This document shows positions 6,570-11,896 of a stretch of 11,896 bases of DNA, piece by piece. A model generated the notes under the pieces. That model was not told the DNA's origin and made no database searches. It saw only the letters and a list, made by a program, of their open reading frames with translations. Within the stretch, counting starts at the first letter, position 1, and every line of letters starts with the position of its first letter. The translations under genes were made by a program, and so were the position numbers. Source of the stretch: Candidatus Krumholzibacteriota bacterium (GTDB lineage: Bacteria > Krumholzibacteriota > Krumholzibacteriia > LZORAL124-64-63); NCBI GenBank assembly GCA_039714075.1, contig JBDLKA010000103.1:1-11896 (forward strand), written 5' to 3'.

Positions 6570-9500
6570 CTATTTCAAGAGGGTCATCTTGCCGATCTTC
6601 ACCTCGCTTCCCACCCGCGCCTCGTAGAAATAGACCCCCGAAGAAACGCTGGAGCCCAGGTTGTCGCTGCCGTCCCAGACGATGGTCTGGTCAGCGCCGG
6701 CGGGGCGCGGGCCGTCGATCAGGGTTTTCACCAGCTGGCCGCGCACATTGTAGATGTTCAGTTTCAGATGACCGGCCGTGGGCATGGAGTACTTGATGGT
6801 CGTGCTCGGGTTGAAGGGGTTGGGGTAGTGGCTGGTCTTGAACGCAGCAACAGGCAGAGCCGGTGTCACTTCGCCGGGATCACCCGCAACGCCGAAGTAC
6901 AGCAGTACGTCGCGCAACACCCGGGCCCGCGCCGGAAGAGGATCCCCGGGAGAACCTGGATCCGTGTACAGGTACATCAGGTCGTAAGGCAGCGAGACGA
7001 CGCGGCTGGTGCCCGCCGTTCCTGCCGTGGCATTCAGCGATGCCGCCGAGAAAGGATACGCACCGATGGCGCCGGTGGGATCAAGGAACTCGGCGAGACG
7101 CTCGGTACCGGCCCTGACTTCGGTGGCATCGAAAGTGTTGAGACTGGCACAACCACCATAGGCGACCCAGCTGTCAACCGTTGTGAACACCGTGTTACCG
7201 CCGATGGAGGAGATGAGCAGAGTGACCTGGTTGTCGATGAGAGGACGGATATCGTTCGTCAAGACACTGACTCCCAGGTAGTTCTCTGCCAGCGCAATGG
7301 TAGCGGCACCGGCCTGCATGAGGTCGGACGCCAGTTCGTCGCCTGTCAGGAAGATGTCTTTCCCCCCACTGTCCAACCAGGAGGTCAGGGTTCCCACATC
7401 ATCGCCGGCGTCATTATTGAAGTCGCCGTTGGAGATGGTGTTCACGCCCAGGTCACCGCAGGTGTAGAGGATTTCGTCGTACCCCGCGATGAGAATACTG
7501 TTGGCACGACCACCGATACCGTTGCCGGCACCGGAACTCGGACCATTGACGTAGTAGATGTCGTAATCCTCACCGGGCACCTTCCCGATGTTGTTCAGAG
7601 CGGTATACCATTCGTTTTCGCCCCCCCGATTGGCGAAGTCGTTGATGAACAATATGGGTGGATGCGAGTTGTCGGCCTTGATCGAAGGCAGGGCATGGAT
7701 GACGAACGAAGAGTTGTAGCCCATGGGATCGCCGAACACGCCGTAACCCGTGAGGTCGGCAGGCAGGGTGGACGTCTGCGGATCCGTCCCGCCCACACCG
7801 CCGATGGCGTCCGTCGCGGTGATGTAGTAGTGCAGCACGTCACCCGGGAACAGGAAACCCGTATCGGGCAGATCGAAAGCCCACTTGCCGGGAGTTGCGC
7901 TCCCACTGACGCCGACAGCCGGCTTACCGGTCGAGGTACCCACCGCAGGGGTCGGACCACGGAAAGGATCGAAGACGGGGTTGCGGTCCACGGTGTAATG
8001 CATGACCGGGTCACCGTCGAAGGCGGCTCCCGTTCGGACGGGGGAGATATCCACGACCATGGAATCGCCCGGACAATTGCACAGGTGTGCGGCCAGAGAG
8101 ATGTTGTTGGCGGCATCGAACCGCACGCTGTGCGAGCCAAGGTCGCCATAGTCGATGGACCCCCGCGCGGGGAAATTATCCTGGGCCATGTCCAGTTCGC
8201 GGGCATGGAAACCCGGGCCGGCGAACGGGTAGATCTTGACGGTCACGTTGTCGAAGTAGGGCGCGGGGTAGCCGTCGTTGCCGGTCCAGTACCAGATCCA
8301 GCCCAACTCGTAGACACCCAACTGCACCTGGACCTGGTCGCGGCCCTGGTTCATCAGATCGGTCACGTCGTCGCCGGCACGGATGTAATCCGGGCCGCCG
8401 TAATAGACGGAGGTCCGATCCTGCCAACCCTGTTCGGTAATGTCCTGAATACCGTGCCCCGCGGAATTGTCCGTATCCGCTGACCGGACACCCCAGTTGT
8501 AGAAGGACCCCGGCGCATCGGAGGTCAGGTCTTCGTGACGATAAATCCCAGCGGTAAAAATGATGCCGTCGTCATCGGGTCCGGTTCCACTCTTGGGAGC
8601 CGGCCAGTCCATCACCGGAGATTCGATGACGTTGTGGATGTGCTCATAAGGCCCCGCCAAACCACCGGTGGTATTGACGATGTAACCTCCCGGTCCATAG
8701 CACCAGTTGATGCACTCGCTGCCCCCCGTGCCGGGCACAACCAGGCCGTCGTCGATGAACGCGACCTGCGGGGTCGAGTTTTCGATACAGGGATCAATGT
8801 CGTGCAGCCCCACCCAGATTTTCGAGAAGTCGCCCACACCATCGGGGAAGGCAATGTTCCAGATACCGAAATCATCAGGAACGCCACCGTGCTCGAAGTC
8901 CTCGAAGAAGTCCCCCGTAAAGACATCGTTGACCAGGTGGACGTTGATGTCGTCGACTTGGCAGGCGCCCGCCGAGGGGAAGGAACAGTCCTCGTCCGAC
9001 CAGCCGCCGTCCGACTTGAAGCGGAAATACACCGCGATATCCGTTCCGTCCAGGTACTCCAGGGGCTGGTAGGTGACCAAACCGTTGACAGCAAAGGTAC
9101 CGGTGCCGTCCCAACTCTGAAGGTCGGCGATGACCTGTCCATGGTACCGGTAGCTCAGGTAGGTGTAGTCGTACGTCGGCTCCGTATCATTGATCAGGGT
9201 GGCTGTCACCGTGACGGTGGAGTTGGCGCCGGGATAGGGAACGGTGTGGCGGAACTCGATCATATCGTGCCAGCTGTTGCCGTAGCCGCCCACGGCATCG
9301 CCGGTATCGCAGGCAGCAATGCTGATGTCGCCGCACCAGGCCGCATGGTTGGCCGGATCGGGCTGGTTGAAATTGCTGACGTTCCAGTGGGTCTCGGTGG
9401 GCTGGGTGACGTCCCAGTGGGTCCAGCCGTTCCAGGCGGGGTTGCCGTCCGCATCCTCGAAATCCCCGTAGTAGAATGGTTCGCCCGGCCCGTTGGTGGG

Positions 9501-9680
9501 ATCATGGCGGGCGGCCATCAGGTTGATGGTGTCCCCTCCCGCCTTGGCGAGATCCGCGCTGCCGCCGTGGATGGATTCACCCCCGAGGGTGAACCGGGGA
9601 ATCTCACCGGCCTGAACAAAGGAAACGAGGGTTATTGACAGAAGAAGAAACAATGAGCGAGCGAGAAAACGGGAAAGCAT
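6570..9680 (-). CDS. Copy B: about 1036 aa secreted multidomain protein with C-terminal FlgD-Ig / T9SS-type-A-like sorting domain; function unknown
   Basis: The track ORF is 6570..9779. The true start is most likely the ATG at 9680 (MLSRFLARSLFLLLSITLVSFVQA|GE): it has TAAGGGGG 6 nt upstream and aligns with the start of C. The extra 33 codons overlap a leader that is non-coding in C. C-terminus HYPNPFNPSTTIKYSMP...SGVYFYEAR...GKMTLLK. Confidence 0.93.
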   Translation of the reverse strand: MLSRFLARSLFLLLSITLVSFVQAGEIPRFTLGGESIHGGSADLAKAGGDTINLMAARHDPTNGPGEPFYYGDFEDADGNPAWNGWTHWDVTQPTETHWNVSNFNQPDPANHAAWCGDISIAACDTGDAVGGYGNSWHDMIEFRHTVPYPGANSTVTVTATLINDTEPTYDYTYLSYRYHGQVIADLQSWDGTGTFAVNGLVTYQPLEYLDGTDIAVYFRFKSDGGWSDEDCSFPSAGACQVDDINVHLVNDVFTGDFFEDFEHGGVPDDFGIWNIAFPDGVGDFSKIWVGLHDIDPCIENSTPQVAFIDDGLVVPGTGGSECINWCYGPGGYIVNTTGGLAGPYEHIHNVIESPVMDWPAPKSGTGPDDDGIIFTAGIYRHEDLTSDAPGSFYNWGVRSADTDNSAGHGIQDITEQGWQDRTSVYYGGPDYIRAGDDVTDLMNQGRDQVQVQLGVYELGWIWYWTGNDGYPAPYFDNVTVKIYPFAGPGFHARELDMAQDNFPARGSIDYGDLGSHSVRFDAANNISLAAHLCNCPGDSMVVDISPVRTGAAFDGDPVMHYTVDRNPVFDPFRGPTPAVGTSTGKPAVGVSGSATPGKWAFDLPDTGFLFPGDVLHYYITATDAIGGVGGTDPQTSTLPADLTGYGVFGDPMGYNSSFVIHALPSIKADNSHPPILFINDFANRGGENEWYTALNNIGKVPGEDYDIYYVNGPSSGAGNGIGGRANSILIAGYDEILYTCGDLGVNTISNGDFNNDAGDDVGTLTSWLDSGGKDIFLTGDELASDLMQAGAATIALAENYLGVSVLTNDIRPLIDNQVTLLISSIGGNTVFTTVDSWVAYGGCASLNTFDATEVRAGTERLAEFLDPTGAIGAYPFSAASLNATAGTAGTSRVVSLPYDLMYLYTDPGSPGDPLPARARVLRDVLLYFGVAGDPGEVTPALPVAAFKTSHYPNPFNPSTTIKYSMPTAGHLKLNIYNVRGQLVKTLIDGPRPAGADQTIVWDGSDNLGSSVSSGVYFYEARVGSEVKIGKMTLLK

Positions 9681-9736
9681 GATCTGCCCCCTTAGAAGAT
9701 CAAATAACCCTGAAAAATGGCGAACAGGCGCATCTG

Positions 9737-9765
9737 AAACTATGGAAAACCATGATTTGCGGCAA
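9737..9765 (-). promoter_or_regulatory. Candidate sigma70-type promoter for copy B (proximal)
   Basis: Minus strand TTGCCG (9765-9760) - 17 nt - TAGTTT (9742-9737). The -10 context TTCC[A/G]TAGTTTCAGA is shared with the C leader. Confidence 0.55.
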
Positions 9766-9785
9766 AAATGGCCTTTCATGGCATG

Positions 9786-9796
9786 ATTTTACCACA
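9786..9796 (-). promoter_or_regulatory. Candidate extended -10 promoter upstream of copy B (distal)
   Basis: Minus strand TGTGGTAAAAT matches the TRTGnTAnnnT extended -10 pattern, in an AT-rich intergenic segment. No good -35 at 17 nt (TGGACA at 19 nt). Confidence 0.45.
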
Positions 9797-9862
9797 TTGT
9801 TGACATCAAATGTCCAATATTCAAGAAATGGGGCTCCATTAAACCAGGAAGCGCCTCCCCCA

Positions 9863-11896
9863 CTACTTCAAAAGTGTCATCTTGCCTATCTTCACATCAC
9901 TTTCCAGGCGCGCCTCGTAGAAGTAGACCCCCGATGAAACGCTGGACCCCAGGTTGTTGCTGCCGTCCCAGACGACGGCCTGGTCCGCACCCGCGGGCCG
10001 AGGGCCGTCGATCAGGGTTTTCACGAGTTGGCCGCGCACGTTGTAGACGCGCAGTTTCAGGTGCCCGGCCTTCGGCAGCGAGTACTTTATCGTAGTGCTC
10101 GGGTTGAAGGGATTCGGGTAATGGCTGGTTCGGAACGCGATGTTGGGTACATCTCCGGTTCCAGTGGGATCGCCTCCATTTGCGAACCCGAAGTAATGCA
10201 GGATGTTACTCAGAAGCATGGCACGGCCAGGAATTGCATGCACGGGACCGGAGGGATCCGTGTAGATGTTCATCAGATCGTAAGGCAACGAAATGACCCG
10301 GCTGGTTCCCTGCAGGCCAACCGCCGGAGCCAGGGTGGCCGCCGAGTAGGGGTACATCCCGGTCAGGCCCGCGGGATTCAGGAACTCGGCAATTCGCAGG
10401 GAGCCGGCATTCGCTTCGACGGCGTCAAAGTTGTTGATGCCGGGGCAGCCGCCGAAGGCGATCCAGCTCAGGCCGGGAACGAAAACCGGATTGGCGGCGA
10501 TGGCGGCGACCAGGGGAGTCGTCTGGTTGTCGATGAGCGGCCGGACATCATCGCTGATCAGCCCGACACCCATGTAGCTTTCCAGGAACGTCAGGGTTTC
10601 GGTACCCGACTCGACAAGATTACTGGCCAGGTTGTCCCCGGTCAGGAACATGCGCTTGTAGTCCTGGTCCAGCCAGGCGGTCAGGGTTCCGACATCGTCG
10701 CCGGCGTCGTTGTTGAAGTCTCCGTTGCCCAGGGTGTTCCAGCTCAGGTCACCCGACGTGTAGAGAATCACCTCGTAAGCATCCAGGAGATCAGCGTTGG
10801 CTCGACCGCCGATGCCGTTGCCGACCCCGGAAGACGGACCGTTGACATAGTAGAGATCGTAGGCGTCACGGGAAACGGCACCGAAATGGGCCAAAGCTAT
10901 GTACCATTTATTCTCCCCGCCGCGGTTGGCGAAATCGTTGATTAAAAGGCCATCCGGCTGAATAAAAACCCCGGGGCTGTCTTCACGGATGCTCGGGAGG
11001 GCACGCACCGTAAAGCTCGAATCGTAAACCAGGGGATCCCAGAAATTGGTGCTGAACCCCGTGGTGTCGGCGGGCATGATCGCGGTCTTGGGATCGGTGC
11101 CGCCCACCCCGCCGATGGCGTCGGTCGCGGAGATGTAGTAGTGCAGCAAATCACCCGGAAACAGGAAGCCCGTGTCGGGCAGATCGAAGGCCCATTTGTC
11201 GGGCGTGGGGCTTCCACTGCTGCCGACGGCCGGTAAACCGGCCACCGAGCCCTGGTCAGGCAGTCCGGCGGTCCGGTAGGGGTCAAAGAGCGGGTTGCGA
11301 TCCAGGATGTAGTTCAGCGTCGGAGATCCGTCGAAGTCCGCCCCGGCCCGAACCGGCCAGATGTCGACGACCATGGAATCCCCGGGATCATTTCGCAGGT
11401 GCGAGGACAGCGATATGTTGTTGGCCATGTCGAAACGCACGCTGTGCGACCCGAGGTCGCCGGTGTCGATGGATCCGCGTGCGGGGAAGTTGTCCTGGGC
11501 CAGATCCAGTTCCCGGGCCCACATTGCCGGGCCGACGTAGGGGAAGACCTTGACGATCACGTTGTCGTAGTAGGGAGCCGGGTAGCCATCGTCTCCGGTC
11601 CAGTACCAGACCCACCCCAACTCGAAAACGCTCAACTTCACCTGGACTTCGTCACGGCCGGCCTGCATCAGGTCGGTCACATCGTCACCCATTTTTGAAT
11701 AAACCCCCGAACCGCCGAGGTAACCACTGCCACGATCCTGCCACCCCTGCTCGAAAATATCCTGGAAACCGTTTCCGGCGGAGTTGTCCGTGTCCGCTGA
11801 CCGCACACTCCAGTTGTAGAACATACCGGGAGCATCGGCGGAAAGATCCTCGTGGCGATAGGCAAGGAATTCCAGGATGATGCCGGCGTAATCGGG
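9863..11896 (-). CDS. Copy A (start outside the window): paralogous multidomain protein with C-terminal FlgD-Ig / T9SS-type-A-like sorting domain
   Basis: The frame stays open beyond the track's Met at 11824 to the window edge, reading PDYAGIILEFLAYRHEDLSADAPG-MFYNW, which matches PDDDGIIFTAGIYRHEDLTSDAPGSFYNW of B. The Met at 11824 is therefore internal. C-terminus HYPNPFNP...GKMTLLK. Confidence 0.93.
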   Translation of the reverse strand, partial: PDYAGIILEFLAYRHEDLSADAPGMFYNWSVRSADTDNSAGNGFQDIFEQGWQDRGSGYLGGSGVYSKMGDDVTDLMQAGRDEVQVKLSVFELGWVWYWTGDDGYPAPYYDNVIVKVFPYVGPAMWARELDLAQDNFPARGSIDTGDLGSHSVRFDMANNISLSSHLRNDPGDSMVVDIWPVRAGADFDGSPTLNYILDRNPLFDPYRTAGLPDQGSVAGLPAVGSSGSPTPDKWAFDLPDTGFLFPGDLLHYYISATDAIGGVGGTDPKTAIMPADTTGFSTNFWDPLVYDSSFTVRALPSIREDSPGVFIQPDGLLINDFANRGGENKWYIALAHFGAVSRDAYDLYYVNGPSSGVGNGIGGRANADLLDAYEVILYTSGDLSWNTLGNGDFNNDAGDDVGTLTAWLDQDYKRMFLTGDNLASNLVESGTETLTFLESYMGVGLISDDVRPLIDNQTTPLVAAIAANPVFVPGLSWIAFGGCPGINNFDAVEANAGSLRIAEFLNPAGLTGMYPYSAATLAPAVGLQGTSRVISLPYDLMNIYTDPSGPVHAIPGRAMLLSNILHYFGFANGGDPTGTGDVPNIAFRTSHYPNPFNPSTTIKYSLPKAGHLKLRVYNVRGQLVKTLIDGPRPAGADQAVVWDGSNNLGSSVSSGVYFYEARLESDVKIGKMTLLK

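Larger units (their letters stand above)
1..11896 (-). repeat. Degenerate tandem gene-sized repeat array, period about 3.2-3.3 kb, at least 5 copies
   Basis: Stop codons (all TAG after TLLK) end at 184, 3357, 6570 and 9863, giving spacings of 3173, 3213 and 3293 nt. Nucleotide blocks recur, for example ccaggttgtcgctgccgtcccagac near 269, 3443 and 6655 with a 1-nt variant near 9949, and ccgtcgatcagggtttt in all four tails. Confidence 0.97.

Noticed and set aside
9681..9779. 33-aa N-terminal extension of B given by the ORF track
   Set aside because: It overlaps a leader that is non-coding in C, buries the signal peptide, and lacks an SD. The ATG at 9680 has the conserved SD.
9800..9828. Perfect TTGACA on the plus strand as an antisense promoter
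   Set aside because: There is no acceptable -10 hexamer at 16-18 nt spacing.
9820..9862. Intrinsic terminator after copy A (GGGGGAGGCGCTTCC...GGAGCCCCATTTCTT)
   Set aside because: Only weak or bulged stems can be drawn, and the U-tract is interrupted, so it cannot be supported without folding calculations.
184..9865. All four visible genes end in TAG: possible read-through or recoding into a polyprotein
   Set aside because: TAG follows the canonical terminal TLLK and there are no internal in-frame TAGs. Spacers of 182 and 29 nt are not multiples of three, and each downstream gene has its own SD and signal peptide. Shared ancestry explains the common stop.
184..10136. Diversity-generating retroelement or invertase-driven shufflon as the source of repeated 3' ends
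   Set aside because: The window has no reverse transcriptase or recombinase, no inverted cassettes and no non-coding template repeat. Differences between tails are mostly synonymous and not adenine-specific.
1002..11880. Short alternative-frame ORFs (Pro/Arg/Ser/Thr-rich) overlapping the main genes
   Set aside because: Their composition is typical of off-frame GC-rich sequence, and they lie within well-supported CDSs or run across spacers.

Overview
The whole window (GC-rich, roughly 60% by eye) is one head-to-tail, minus-strand array of at least five paralogous genes with nothing between them. In transcription order they are A (9863..>11896, start outside the window), B (6570..9680), C (3357..6473), D (184..3327) and E (<1..153, only the first 51 codons, missing from the ORF track). 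Each full gene encodes a secreted protein of about 1040 aa. The layout is: Sec signal peptide; two acidic, Cys/Trp-rich beta-sandwich-like modules; a 'GDxLHYY' Ig-like segment; an alpha/beta module resembling non-catalytic class I glutamine-amidotransferase-like domains; and a C-terminal FlgD-Ig / T9SS-type-A-like sorting domain (PNPFNP...YNVRGQL...WDG...SGVYFY...TLLK). That tail suggests an FCB-group bacterium such as Krumholzibacteriota, Latescibacterota or Eisenbacteria (inference). I cannot assign a function or gene symbol. The most striking hidden structure is that gene bodies and tails give incompatible groupings: bodies A+D versus B+C, tails A+B versus C+D. Each tail co-varies with the spacer and N-terminus of the next gene. 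This implies duplication units that break inside the genes at the linker before the sorting domain. B and C share a conserved leader with sigma70-like promoter candidates, while D and E follow after 29-30 nt spacers. I saw no RNA genes, CRISPR arrays or mobile elements.
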